DNA of 45,423 nt from a virus (IMGVR_UViG_3300030106_005823:1-45423); one strand, 5' to 3'. Shown: positions 16,801 through 24,682, counted from the stretch's first letter. Notes: generated by a model from the letters alone, not told the origin. Translations and numbers: made by a program.

Positions 16801-17483
16801 AGCGTTTTGCGTAAGGCTGTTCTGTTAGGCTCAGAAGCTAAGATGCTGATATGAGGGCCGCCACCAAAGCCCCCCACCCCCATCTGCAGGTTTGCTAGCT
16901 CGTCAGTTGATGAAGGTAAGAAGTTCTCAGTTATTAGCTGCTTGGTACCTTGAAGAGTTTTAGTCACCGACCCGCTGATAAAGTCAGAAATAAACTCTAG
17001 GTCGTAATCTCCAAAGCCGCGGCGTATTTCACTTTGACGCGCAGCCTGCAAGAGATTGCTTAACTCAGATATAGACTCCAGGTCATCGTATGTAAGGGCC
17101 GCGTTTTCCGGGTTAGAAAGAAACTCAATCAGCTGAGGGCGTCTCTTCAAAAACTCTTGAGTGCGCTCAAATAGATCGCGCGACCGAGCCATAGTTGGGT
17201 CGGCCATAATTTGCTGCACCGGTTCACGCAGTGAATTAGCAAGCTTCTTGTAACTTGCCAACGTATCCGGCTGCACTTTGTTCATGGGGCCTTGGCTAAC
17301 GTTAAGGCTAGCAGGAACCGCAGACTCGAACTGCATTTGACTAATCGCCCTGCCAAGCGGGTCGTCGCGTTTTGTCCGTGCTGGGGGCGACCCGCGCGGT
17401 GTCATGGCCTGTGAAGTGGGCGCAACCGCATCGCGCACATCTTCATCGGACATGCGGCTCATAGCTAGTTCAAGTGGCGTCAC
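7896..17483 (-). CDS. Giant internal virion (ejection) polyvalent protein: RelA/SpoT-like, HhH-glycosylase-like, ADP-ribosyltransferase-like and HExxH zincin domains
   Basis: Position after the internal virion genes; KxxxRxxEK..D.LR..GYRD..EIQI..H..YE (RelA/SpoT); WY..AVLSP..KVRSFYNN..DTH..Y..AA..Q..TW (HhH-like); YHGT..P.YVK..GYDSI..AVFEPTQLK (ART); STFLHESGHFF (zincin). Confidence 0.85.
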   Translation of the reverse strand: MTPLELAMSRMSDEDVRDAVAPTSQAMTPRGSPPARTKRDDPLGRAISQMQFESAVPASLNVSQGPMNKVQPDTLASYKKLANSLREPVQQIMADPTMARSRDLFERTQEFLKRRPQLIEFLSNPENAALTYDDLESISELSNLLQAARQSEIRRGFGDYDLEFISDFISGSVTKTLQGTKQLITENFLPSSTDELANLQMGVGGFGGGPHISILASEPNRTALRKTLSRDEQFEYDSLPNAAAQREYLSAAIDKELKEAKASRLKEIAFQADIVDRELKQLQSQMDPDTFARYVADATIAVAQMTPGVLVGLLTRNPWLGSSVMGAQATGSRYYDARARGFSEKQALGEATLFGLLEVLTEKIPLGILTDPKGGALKSILKSFGAESIQEGLLQTIDNAYMIGVADQEMTGGQFFRSIADASVVGGIAGTQMSTLMSPLAWQRNQMQQALDGLRSAKRLAKAQEQVAAAKLTERSPETMRELLSELNQDDDVLLSSEGVQELLSQGQEGIEVLQQLGVDLESISPGADVQVQMSGLLMLEKADFTGLADHIRLAVGDYTSTEARALIEENESIIAERVSQAEAAVEADPEARPIFDAVSQALMDAGQTRSQAASQAELYESRYNAMAELYEDNVTAEQLFFEQNLTLRSGGIDAPVRLPSEIERTLDTLVRDAEGAVAQFLQDTPGVLTPVAEVEDGKLPVMVRGRLLDFAELENVFTELFGEEGTADINAVLQDPAVQEYLRDAEAVGLRAPDGTVRVLNLDAVVRPDGILQAALDMVDNAFDVLPEAERTRLAKLAKPAFERSEVKLEPEQERRLDAMYLLSVLNYDAYKDAIEQLAAAVEGVAGVAGLKGRKRATEKIAADYKGDPAKLKDMLRSTIVVRTIEDAQDAWNTLNELYTVYPETVRTSLLEDGPGYRDIKAVIDFNGIAAEIQINIPSLLVGKEFGHAFYEIERHTDTPVEAAKAAKAAQEKLYEGLADVDPDSQDLSALSELVKGNAISIAASEPVLSGLVTKFENMSLDTMPPFLIASAQLYGSGGAVSNLQATPGDSTATGMPSTDISSDADAISSSGVIDESSSQDVIIPLEQSPALLRGKAQAERARVSTRVPSAKGFEMEDALGYPQLNAGFKSVPTKGLRRIVDEWKDKAAELLMSDVHPGSGARPGMTTNAALSAVIRRTSDNLKWLYNSVPESHRAKTRRWYNGAKRVSRSFATRYNFSEEQSTAVIAVLSPGTDWFQNVSHAERLLDIWTQHQDTVWSSEMDKATNTIAWWNKANSQQRRDKKLLRGKTLRDFDGDVYMQALWVRAYIEGMQDLKFRSLSPTGNFTDWVRKKNGAPAKFKVQSVANIIKALQVITQASDRSNISSALGANHKVRSFYNNIIAPDSDAGDVTMDTHAIAAAFLMPLSISSPQVEANFGTPANAHTGFIGLYNVYAEAYRKAAADLGILPRELQSVTWEAVREMFPREWKSTEALEDVEAIWREVDNGTISPAQARKRILDYAPADPGSPTPVSDTGAAAHLGRTSYERKLPDGGVRQPARGRSGSRPTGALALEQLPALASPYERETRAAFTKWFGRSKAKDVFGRPKVMYHGTDAEFRQFRSNAKNPLYFISPTEEGAQYFANYQARFPDDTSQHKILPLYVKAEQPFDSTSAAQVEQIIDLLQANNPNVDREDLLDDVLRGSSNWELIEADNVIERIKELGYDSIQVTEGGAKNLAVFEPTQLKVADGSNRTFDPNNADIYFQPAGPEQRSARGAYLRERNYYGDISNIIELSEDANLSTFLHESGHFFLHELHAMQSDPRLSEDGAKRVAEQMAGVQGWFKKNAKSALADMKKMERAARKAGNTERADLMKTAIDHAEANGGVAYMEQVADGFMDGSVEWGAVLEIGFHEQWARGFEQYLGEGRSPSKGLKRAFLNFASWMGRIYSSLSRLNVNLTPEVRDVMDQLLATQEAIAEARAAEDAGISATLDPYLNPTQREALKQAAADADVEARSQLIEKQAEASKQRLTAEYKAAREKYTEEETAALADEPLYVVRRWLREGIAPDGTEQYAKIDRAEMESLYGKDAVRRMLSKTLTKKGEQGEYSIDAIAAITGYQSGAAMIDDLTNPHFSEAQIVRNRVEQRLQAEFGTKMDPATLQEAAMESVDADAEADLVALRLRILRSLTSQSLENAAQRRAEQEGVPTTASEDKAATEAAQADLDTPAGQGEALAAEAIQAGNRPQRRAQVAAGKKYRELVRQLDVQAARDAAAQQVGSMRVLELTPQKYRAAALRYAKRAQSALAKRDVDAAIQAMEQQLVHIELARAVQAAQERSEKTIARFKRLNRSSDKRLATRYELDIFNTVRFILGRMDIGQSKAAVPVEQADRLRGDTSAALAFRERTAEALLSTAEARTSAPRKEASTWELLTYSELSEIIEIVDETLAEARDAAGMLIDGRRIHFNEVYDEMDGLNASRLPQGSTDSELGSSIDRKERERRALHHSFSMQMRRVESWAVRMDNGNPEGPYTQYIVRPITRAVTAYKTAQSVTIKQLMQTLSEHAEVWMQWKPIAAPEIGWEFKNKAELLHAVLHSGNESNLRKLLLGGQMDADEAVARPWGSQRKDGTVDDTQWRSFLDRMFREEVLTKSDMDLVQKLWDMAEQMKPAAQEAHKRAFGRYFPEIEPTELQTPFGSYRGGYVPAISDAMMNPDAGFNADLDGLVERGGANALPGAEKGFTNQRIESYNEPLLLDLTLLPVHFDTVLKFTHFAPTVRNVGRLVMNKRFTKMHHRTAPDAVRYMLVPWLERVARQQTVKTSDMGKDWDRRINNLNRAVGKHYMFANIINVAQQVTGFLSSMVQLPPGEVLQGVFRAITDRNNLFEYIQGRSPYMAVRLDNSIDEAARTVRDFLLDPTPIERSRAFGDKHAYIMQQGLQNWMDIAVWSSAERVFYNNGQWRLAYDAAVALGKTEEDASIAADTAAAEWADGVVRQTQAAMDASDVAAMEVGNPLWRVATKFITYFNAMYNLNLTAFGVEKEVHGFSRPHKLMYLYAVGIMLPAVIAEAMSMAARGDFDDLEDDEPLELAAKLANLLVFSQLKFIAGAVPGGSAVIGMLQGATTSQTWDDKLSVSPVIGPVEQVGAGVSAIIQSTVEGEVQKPDKIARGALTGIALYAGIPANWLTKPLTYGIKVQEGKAAPENALDILQGVLTGRDGTEN
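12821..13024 (-). CDS. Nested out-of-frame small gene (candidate inhibitor of the HhH-like domain)
   Basis: GAGAGG RBS 6 nt before ATG; protein-like C-half PILERLHISGVPLTKENYLMVAYDNPP..QDLPEPWR, while the host frame here is a disordered linker. Confidence 0.55.
   Translation of the reverse strand: MAPSAQRKRVRESSTTLQPTPDLLRQYPILERLHISGVPLTKENYLMVAYDNPPVEDQVQDLPEPWR
14226..14234 (+). promoter_or_regulatory. Extended -10 promoter for the nested antisense gene
   Basis: TGG-TATAAT (TGnTATAAT) ending 25 nt upstream of ATG 14260, with GGAGGA between. Confidence 0.6.
14260..14526 (+). CDS. Nested antisense small gene (candidate antitoxin of the RelA/SpoT-like domain)
   Basis: GGAGGA RBS and extended -10; 88-aa globular-looking product; exactly spans the Ser-rich linker after the RelA/SpoT domain. 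Confidence 0.65.
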   Translation: MTPEELIASASELMSVEGIPVAVLSPGVAWRLDTAPPEPYSWADAMRNGGIVSRDMFSNLVTNPLSTGSEAAIEMALPFTNSLRALKS

Positions 17484-17516
17484 AAAAATAACCTCACCAG
17501 GGGCTTTTAAGCCGTC

Positions 17517-19691
17517 CTAGTTCTGACGGGGAAGTCCCGTTCTTTCCTGATAATCCTCAAGAGTTTCCCCTGGATTAATGCCTGCAGCGGCTTCAGCAGT
17601 AGTATCGGGCCGCACTACTCTGCCTGTCATCGGTACTTTCGGTTTTAGCCAGTTCAAAAAGAGCCTGGGGTCGTAAGCCTTGAAGAGCATTTTTGTGTAA
17701 TAGCGTCGAATTTGATCGGCAGTAACCGTTGTCGCGCCCGTTACTCTTATAATCTCTCGTGCAATTCTGTCTGACTCCTCACCTTCGGGCACCGGCGTCG
17801 TGGTCATCTTGCTCATCATCTCGTTAAGCTTGAAAGGGTCGTATTCCCCAACCTTTCCTTCTGGATCAGCGAAGTAGTCTTGATACATGTCCAGCGTAAT
17901 TCCGGGAGTCATCTCTGGGTTCGCATTGCTCCACACTCGATATGTTTTCGTTAGCGGTGAATCAGCTGACGTGCCAGTTAGCTCCGCAAAGCGAGAACTT
18001 AAACTCCTAGCTAGGTCTGTTGGGTTATCAGCTATCTCACCGGGCTTAGATACTGATTGGATGGCACTAGAAACAATCTGGCGCATTTCATCTTGACTCA
18101 TAAAGTTTATGGCATCCGCCGTGGTCGCCGCCTTATTTAATCTTTGATAGTGCTCTACCCTCTTATTCACAGCGGCTTGAGCAGCCAGAGTTGCAGCGGC
18201 AAAAAGCTTTTTCCCAGATCCTTTTATATAGGTACGCTGACCAATAAGGTCTTTGACTGTTTCTTTGACAGTGTTGTAAACAGCGTCGTTCGCCTGTTCC
18301 GCTTCTGTGCGGACTTTATCAAGAGCTGAGGCGGCATCTACTGCAGCTTGGTCACCCGCGCGTTGCGCTTCCTCTGCGCCTACCTTCACTCTGGCATAAA
18401 CAGTTTGCTGCGTTTCTGCAGTAAGCCCTGTAATTATTGATTCCCATTCCAGAGTAGCGTCCGGGTCACCATCGCTAAACTTTTTCCATAGGGTGTAAGC
18501 TTCCCTATCTGTCATAGCAACAATCTTGCCCATGGAGAAAGGGCTGTCGACCATCATTGGGGACATCTGCCGTAGTAGTCTATTGCGCTGAATCCGACGG
18601 ATCTCGTCTTGTCCAGCGGCGCTTAGAGACCTCATTTGTGTTGGTGTAATCTCTTGGCCTGCAGCGGCCATCTGTCCCAACCGCCGCCGGTTTTCGGCGC
18701 GCCATTCTCTTCGGTCAGCACGCGCTCCGCTTATTATTCTGCGAGCGACTTGTAATGCTTTTGCGCGAAGACTCGGCGTCAAGTCCCTACCTTTAGCTGC
18801 ACGCTCTGCAGCTGTGTGACTGCCAGTTCGGGCAAGCTCTGCGCCTATGTCTTCGGCCTTGAAGTCTTCTTCGGCCTCGTCGATAGCGTTTGTTAAGTCG
18901 ATAACCTTGTCGGCAAGCATATCTACATCGCCGACACCCGGTACCTTAATGGTGGTGTGCGCGGCTAGAAACGCGCGGGCGAGATCGGGCTTTTTCGCAT
19001 CGATAAGGTTTTCAGTAGTCAACTGAATGGCAGTGGTGAACTCACCCTGGATATTAGCTTCCAGTACGGCGGGGTCATCTAGACCTTGTGCGTTCAACTG
19101 TTGCGCAATGTAGCTTGCCAGCTGCTGAAATTTTGGACCAGTCTGGGTCGGGTTTTTCGCTATATCATCGCGCAACAACGTTTTGTTGGCTTCAATTTCA
19201 ACTAGTACAGCGCTTTGCTGCTGCTCCAAACGATGAGCTTGCAATCCACGGCGATAACTAAGCGCCTTAGTTTGCGCGTACTCTCGTACAGCCATCTGAC
19301 CAACGCCATCTAGCTCGCCAAATCGAGGGTCAGAAAATAGCTGTGAAGTGAACTTGTTGTAGTCCTTTGAAGCTTTATCAACCCAGTTTGCGTTTGCGTC
19401 GCGGCCAAGGGTGCCCTTGCGTGGGTCTTTGTACGCAGCCTCAGTGTCAATAAGCCATTGCCCCAAGCGACGTTGGGTTTCTAGAAGCAGTGCAGTATTA
19501 GTGGTCTTCTGGGCTTCTGCTTCCATCTTTGCCATTTCATCGGCAAATGCAGAAAGCCCCCTAGCAATATTGGCAGAACTAGCGCTGCTAGCGTCCGGTA
19601 CAGTGAACTGCTGCCGAGGCGTAGCAGCAGGCGTCAGCCTTACCGTAGGTAAGCCGGACCCGCCCTGGATGGTGGTTTGTACTCGCGCCAT
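17517..19691 (-). CDS. Internal virion protein
   Basis: Helical Ala/Gln-rich 724-aa ORF between the small internal protein and the giant protein; GAGG-type RBS of the next gene follows. Confidence 0.7.
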   Translation of the reverse strand: MARVQTTIQGGSGLPTVRLTPAATPRQQFTVPDASSASSANIARGLSAFADEMAKMEAEAQKTTNTALLLETQRRLGQWLIDTEAAYKDPRKGTLGRDANANWVDKASKDYNKFTSQLFSDPRFGELDGVGQMAVREYAQTKALSYRRGLQAHRLEQQQSAVLVEIEANKTLLRDDIAKNPTQTGPKFQQLASYIAQQLNAQGLDDPAVLEANIQGEFTTAIQLTTENLIDAKKPDLARAFLAAHTTIKVPGVGDVDMLADKVIDLTNAIDEAEEDFKAEDIGAELARTGSHTAAERAAKGRDLTPSLRAKALQVARRIISGARADRREWRAENRRRLGQMAAAGQEITPTQMRSLSAAGQDEIRRIQRNRLLRQMSPMMVDSPFSMGKIVAMTDREAYTLWKKFSDGDPDATLEWESIITGLTAETQQTVYARVKVGAEEAQRAGDQAAVDAASALDKVRTEAEQANDAVYNTVKETVKDLIGQRTYIKGSGKKLFAAATLAAQAAVNKRVEHYQRLNKAATTADAINFMSQDEMRQIVSSAIQSVSKPGEIADNPTDLARSLSSRFAELTGTSADSPLTKTYRVWSNANPEMTPGITLDMYQDYFADPEGKVGEYDPFKLNEMMSKMTTTPVPEGEESDRIAREIIRVTGATTVTADQIRRYYTKMLFKAYDPRLFLNWLKPKVPMTGRVVRPDTTAEAAAGINPGETLEDYQERTGLPRQN

Positions 19692-19695
19692 AACA

Positions 19696-20385
19696 TCAGC
19701 TCATAAGGTAAGGCGTCGTCAGGCTAGCGCTGCCTTTCGACTTTTTCAGTAACGGCGCAGCAATTGCACCTGCGCTAGATAAAAGCGAAACGGCTGGACT
19801 AATGCTACTCGCTTGCTGTCTAAACAGATTTGATTGCGTGAGCGCGTTGTCCGATTCAATCTGAAACCTGCGCTGCTCACGCTCACCTGCAGCGGCAATG
19901 CGCTGTATATCCAGCTCCCCCGCTTCGGTTATGTCAGCCAATAACGCAGCGCTAGTGGAGTCTGGCCCTTCATCGACTAGCAAGCCATTGGCTGCCATGA
20001 CCACTTTTGCTGCGCCTCTGGTCTGGTTCAGCCTACGCCGCTGTTCCTCTTGATTAGCTTGGCTAATAAGCCTTGCGTCTTCTTTGTCCTGAAGTGCAAT
20101 TATGGAGTTATTCCGCGCAACAGCGGCTTGGTAGTTCAGCCGTTCTTGCTCTGCCTTAGCGGCAGAATACGACATCATCGCCTCACCGATGCCGCTAACG
20201 GCTTGAAATATAGTGCCTAGACTAAAAGTCGAAGCAGCGGCAGTGCTAGCTCCAAACGCACCTATCGTAGACGCGCCAGAAAAGAATGCACCGCCGGTCA
20301 TTGCACCGGCTCCTGCAAACCCTACTGCGGCTGAAGTTCCAAGCGCACTTGCGCCACCTGCACCTAAGAGAAGGGTTAAGCACAT
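19696..20385 (-). CDS. Small internal virion protein (T7 gp14/P22 gp7-like)
   Basis: MC start, Gly/Ala-rich N-terminus, Q..VA.NN and G..K..MAANGL motifs; RBS AGAGG. Confidence 0.7.
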   Translation of the reverse strand: MCLTLLLGAGGASALGTSAAVGFAGAGAMTGGAFFSGASTIGAFGASTAAASTFSLGTIFQAVSGIGEAMMSYSAAKAEQERLNYQAAVARNNSIIALQDKEDARLISQANQEEQRRRLNQTRGAAKVVMAANGLLVDEGPDSTSAALLADITEAGELDIQRIAAAGEREQRRFQIESDNALTQSNLFRQQASSISPAVSLLSSAGAIAAPLLKKSKGSASLTTPYLMS

Positions 20386-20386
20386 A

Positions 20387-20842
20387 TCATGCCTCTTTGA
20401 TGTAAGCGCCGCCGGCCGGCTGGTAACCCAGGCGCTGGTACAATTCACCGACCCGGTCGTTGTCGATGCCTGCCTTAACTTCCATCTGAATGTACTCCGC
20501 ACCTTTGCTCTTGCACCACTTTTCAAATTGGCGAATGAGCTTTAGGCCTGCTGGTCCTCCACGGGCCTCTGGAGCAACGTACCAGATGATGTCTACCCCT
20601 ACCCGTGCCTGGGTCCACATCTCCGGTTGTACAGCGCCCAGCATAACACCGACTAGTCGGTGGTCACTGATTGACCCCTGACTGAAGAACTCAGGAGACT
20701 CCAGCATTAGGGTAAGTACATTGATAATGTGCGACGGGTCGAGCTTGTGATTTCCGTAAAGAGTAGCTTCCTGACGCATATTCATCGCAATACGGTACAG
20801 GTCGCCAAAGTGGTCAGATGTTAGGTCGACGAGCTTGGTCAT
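20387..20842 (-). CDS. GNAT-family acetyltransferase (virion assembly associated)
   Basis: WYVAPEARGG..G.KL...F.KWC..KGA and LYQRLGY acetyl-CoA-binding motifs. Confidence 0.85.
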   Translation of the reverse strand: MTKLVDLTSDHFGDLYRIAMNMRQEATLYGNHKLDPSHIINVLTLMLESPEFFSQGSISDHRLVGVMLGAVQPEMWTQARVGVDIIWYVAPEARGGPAGLKLIRQFEKWCKSKGAEYIQMEVKAGIDNDRVGELYQRLGYQPAGGAYIKEA

Positions 20843-23637
20843 AGCTCCCCCAGTTCATAGTCAGGTACAAGCGCGATAATGGTGCATGGCAATGGGTCGC
20901 GCTGCTCAAGATACATGCGGCCATGGTTGTTCCAGTCGGGGCTTACCGTCATCGACACTTCATCAGTGATCAGTGCCTTCGGCTGACCCCAAACATCGTT
21001 TGCCCTAAACTTGGCCTCGGACATGTGGTCAAGGTCAGGCCCATGCCATAGACCAAGTGTGTCCTCAACTCGCACCCCAAGCTTGTGCACTCGCCGCTTT
21101 CGGCCTTGGCTCGTAGCTTGATTGCGTTGCGGCACGTTAGGCCGCAACGTACGCAGACGGCAGGTGTACGGCAGCCCGACGTGTACCCGGCTTGCAGCGG
21201 TAGTCAAAGTAATAGCGCCGCCGCTGACGGTCTGCGCGGGCAGTGCACTGCCATTTGCCAATATACCTACGCTGTGCCCTTCAAGATGCCACAGCCCAGT
21301 AACTGTGGTTACAGCTTTGCGCACAACGCCGCCGGAGCTGTAGGCAGCAAAAGTAGAGCCGTTGACGGTGCCGTCGACATCTTTTAACTGGAACGTCGTG
21401 GAACTACCGACAGTACCGACAATGTAACCATTGCCAACAATTTCATCGCTTAGTTCTTCGCCCGTCGTCTCAGTGGTGTCGCTGCTAACCTTCTTGATGC
21501 CGGTGATGTCGATCACGTCATTTTCAGTCAACCCGTGCGCGTTGGCGGTGGTAATGACTACAGGGTTCGCAGTGGTATAGCCAGAAATGGTGATAGGACT
21601 ATCCAGCGACAGCATCGAATCCAAGCACTTTGCATCTTGAACGTCGTCAAAGTCGCGATCTACATGGCGCTCTATAAAGCGGCGTGTAGTTCCGTTAATG
21701 GTGCGGTTAACTAAGAAGTACGGGACGTCCCGGTCACCCTCCCGAATAACCGCAACACATTCGTAGTCGCCTTGTGTGGAGTGCTGACTCCACCCGTAAA
21801 CTTCCTGCTCGCGCAGGTAAGTCAAACACAGTAGTCGGCCATCGCTGCGTACGCACCAGAGGTTACCGTGAGGAGCACCAGAAAAGTCCCAAGCGTCAAT
21901 GGTGTACCCCTCAAAAAGGTGACGGGCCAACACGCTAATATCATTACCTGAGTAAGCATCGGTCTCAAACTTGTACCCAATGTCGCGGACAATATCGCCC
22001 GGTTGCATGTAGATAACGACGTCGCCCACAAGGATGGGGGGCAGGTCAGTTGCGCCGTAATACGTCTGAGGCTCTTGCTTTACCGTAGCCGGTGCAAAGC
22101 CTGCATCACCGCTCTGCGTGATAAGCCATTCCCCACCCGAAGTTAGAACGATAAGGTCTTTCAGTGGAATCATTGAAAGAATTGCGTTCACTTTGCGCGC
22201 AGTAAGGCGCATGGTGATAGCGTCGTCATCGTTTGCCGGTTGCGAAGTCGATAAGTTGTAGTGATTGCCAGTCTGTGTGAAGTACATTGTCTGCGGCTTA
22301 GTTACAGTATTCGCAAACACACGCCGCTGCTGGTGGTAGGAGACGGTACTTGGATAGGTGTTGGTGTCCTTAAACGGCTCGCGCAGCGTAGGCGGCGTGT
22401 CGGCAAGGTCTGGCTCGATGTTGTCATCTTCAAACGTGGTGCCGATAGCGCGCCCGATAAAACCGAACACACCATCTTTTTCGCGAAAGATGTCGTAGCT
22501 GCCAGCGTCGACCGCAGCTGTCCAAGTGACGGTGTTATCGCGGGTCGTATTTGAGTTAGTTACCTTGCGAAATGTACCGGCACTAGTCCCGCCTGATGTG
22601 TAAGTGGTGAATGCCGTGCTGTTAACGTTGACGCGGTCAAGCCCTTGCAACTTGTAGTCATTGGTTCCCGAACCGGTAACGAAGTAATAGTTGTCGTTCA
22701 ACTCAGTCATACCGACAACGCCACTGATGTAAATCAAGTCCCCGTCATCGTAAGGGTGCCCGGTGTCAGTGATGACAATTGGGTTAGCTTTGGTTGCCGC
22801 GCTGATCGTTGACGTTGCCCCAAGGCCGCGCAAACTGCGCTCCGCGGTCTCCGCGTTCACCGCACACACTGCATACCTGTCCGTCACTGAGGCGGCGCTG
22901 TTGACCGTTACAGAAATGCCAGTAGGTGCTGCTTGCTCTGGGCGGAAGCTGATGGTCGTTAGAGTCCATGCGTCATGGTCCGTCCTAGTTAGCTCACGCG
23001 GCGCATAGCCGGGGTGGCAAATAGTCATCACGTCGTTTGACTGCACGTATTTGAGTTCGTACAAATCAGCTTCGACGTAGGGTGTAGATATTTCGTACAC
23101 CCGCTCTGAGGTGCCACCGCTCGAATAGTTGGTGTACCCACTGCCGTTGATGTTGGTGCTGCCGTCATTGTCTTGGAGTGAAAAGGTTGTAGCCGACAGC
23201 ACGGTAATTTTGAAATTGCGGCCGTTCAACTCAGTCATTCCAACGACGCCAGATATAAACACCTCGTCGCCGGTCGAGTAGCTGTGCGTAGCGGTCGTTA
23301 CCACAACCGGGTTGGCTTTGGTTGCGCCGCTTATGTTGACAGCGCTCTCAACTACGGGGGCACCGTCTTTTATCACCCGCATATTCTGGTTAGTAAATTC
23401 CAGAATGTAGGTCTGCTCGGTGTTGTACTCAAAAGAAATGATTCGACCCGTACGGGCCGAGTCTTTGATTTCAGCAACAAACTCTTGCCCAGGCCTAGAT
23501 TGCACACCGCCAAACGGTAGCACCACAAAGTTCAAAAGCAGCTCTAGGCTGCTTGAATATTTATTGAGATCGACGCGTGCGCCGATGGCGGGCGAAACTT
23601 CACCGCCCGCTAAGGACGGCAGATACAGCTTCGGCAT
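20839..23637 (-). CDS. Tail tubular protein B / nozzle with three inserted beta-repeat modules
   Basis: GGEVSP..R.DL..Y, YPS.VSYHQQR, QEVYGWSQH and GL.HLEG motifs; three 'IS..T.ANP.V.T' repeats. Confidence 0.85.
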   Translation of the reverse strand: MPKLYLPSLAGGEVSPAIGARVDLNKYSSSLELLLNFVVLPFGGVQSRPGQEFVAEIKDSARTGRIISFEYNTEQTYILEFTNQNMRVIKDGAPVVESAVNISGATKANPVVVTTATHSYSTGDEVFISGVVGMTELNGRNFKITVLSATTFSLQDNDGSTNINGSGYTNYSSGGTSERVYEISTPYVEADLYELKYVQSNDVMTICHPGYAPRELTRTDHDAWTLTTISFRPEQAAPTGISVTVNSAASVTDRYAVCAVNAETAERSLRGLGATSTISAATKANPIVITDTGHPYDDGDLIYISGVVGMTELNDNYYFVTGSGTNDYKLQGLDRVNVNSTAFTTYTSGGTSAGTFRKVTNSNTTRDNTVTWTAAVDAGSYDIFREKDGVFGFIGRAIGTTFEDDNIEPDLADTPPTLREPFKDTNTYPSTVSYHQQRRVFANTVTKPQTMYFTQTGNHYNLSTSQPANDDDAITMRLTARKVNAILSMIPLKDLIVLTSGGEWLITQSGDAGFAPATVKQEPQTYYGATDLPPILVGDVVIYMQPGDIVRDIGYKFETDAYSGNDISVLARHLFEGYTIDAWDFSGAPHGNLWCVRSDGRLLCLTYLREQEVYGWSQHSTQGDYECVAVIREGDRDVPYFLVNRTINGTTRRFIERHVDRDFDDVQDAKCLDSMLSLDSPITISGYTTANPVVITTANAHGLTENDVIDITGIKKVSSDTTETTGEELSDEIVGNGYIVGTVGSSTTFQLKDVDGTVNGSTFAAYSSGGVVRKAVTTVTGLWHLEGHSVGILANGSALPAQTVSGGAITLTTAASRVHVGLPYTCRLRTLRPNVPQRNQATSQGRKRRVHKLGVRVEDTLGLWHGPDLDHMSEAKFRANDVWGQPKALITDEVSMTVSPDWNNHGRMYLEQRDPLPCTIIALVPDYELGEL

Positions 23638-23640
23638 GGA

Positions 23641-24234
23641 TTACCTCGCGTCTATCCAGGTCGCCTCGGGTAGGGTGGGCTCTACTGTTTCAGCGCTGTC
23701 CTCACTTTCAGCGGTCGTGACTTCAGCAAACGCCATTTTCCACATTTCACTTGCCAATTCTTTGTCGCCAGTAAGCGGAATGGCAATTCGAGATGCGACG
23801 GCGTAACTGAGCGCCATGTAGAAACTAGAGTCAAATAAGCCGGGGTTGGTCACAGCTTTGGTGTACACAATGACCGGCTCCGCCTCGTCACAAAGAATGA
23901 CCTTCTTGTCCTCGTCGTTTAACGAGACCTCAAATTCAACCGGGTTGTGCAGGTGCTTTCCGGTTGCTTTGTTAACGTAACGGATCTTCAAGCAGTCAGT
24001 CGGGTACGTGAACATGTATTCCCAAATACCCGGCTCTTCGCCATCAAGCGCAACCAGCGTGCGGTACTTCTTGGCAAACCCCCAAGTGTGACCACGCAGC
24101 ATCATGTCACGAGTCGGCTCATACACAAGGTTGCAAATTTCAGCCTCGGTACTGTTTTCAGTCAGCGATGCAATGTCGTACTGGTCCCCGATGTGGGCCA
24201 ATGCGAGCTGACATATTTCCGTTTCGCTTGCCAT
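23641..24234 (-). CDS. Tail tubular protein A / head-tail adaptor
   Basis: ICQLALAHIG, H.WGFA, YP.DCL and FD..F..AL...VA motifs. Confidence 0.85.
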   Translation of the reverse strand: MASETEICQLALAHIGDQYDIASLTENSTEAEICNLVYEPTRDMMLRGHTWGFAKKYRTLVALDGEEPGIWEYMFTYPTDCLKIRYVNKATGKHLHNPVEFEVSLNDEDKKVILCDEAEPVIVYTKAVTNPGLFDSSFYMALSYAVASRIAIPLTGDKELASEMWKMAFAEVTTAESEDSAETVEPTLPEATWIDAR

Positions 24235-24251
24235 GATGCTGCGCTCTTAGG

Positions 24252-24668
24252 TCAGACGACGGCGCGCTTTCCACGACTGGCCCGCTTAGTGGCAGACGTC
24301 GCAGTGGATAACGGCTCATCCAGGTTGGCGTCGTCGCTTGCCGGCGGCGACAGGTTAGCAGTGGCCGCGGCCACCGCTTCGTTAACCATCTCGTTCACAC
24401 CTGCAGCCGCAGCCGCGGTTGCTGCAGAGATGGCAGCGTCAAGCTGTGCCTGAGTGTACACAGCTCCAGGCGCTGCGCTTTGCGCAGGCTCGCCCAGTTT
24501 GACGCGCCTAAGCTTTTCCTGAAATGCAGCATGCTGCTCAGGAAACAGCTCAGCGTAGTCGCGCACGCTGGAGTGAAGCTGATGAATCTGCTCTTCAGGC
24601 AAATCAATAGTCCCTTCTTTTAAGCCTACATGGGCTATGAAACAGGGCTTGTCCAAAAATACTTCCAT
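24252..24668 (-). CDS. Hypothetical protein
   Basis: GAGG RBS; ORF fills the gap in the structural operon. Confidence 0.65.
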   Translation of the reverse strand: MEVFLDKPCFIAHVGLKEGTIDLPEEQIHQLHSSVRDYAELFPEQHAAFQEKLRRVKLGEPAQSAAPGAVYTQAQLDAAISAATAAAAAGVNEMVNEAVAAATANLSPPASDDANLDEPLSTATSATKRASRGKRAVV

Positions 24669-24682
24669 GGTCTTGTACCTCT

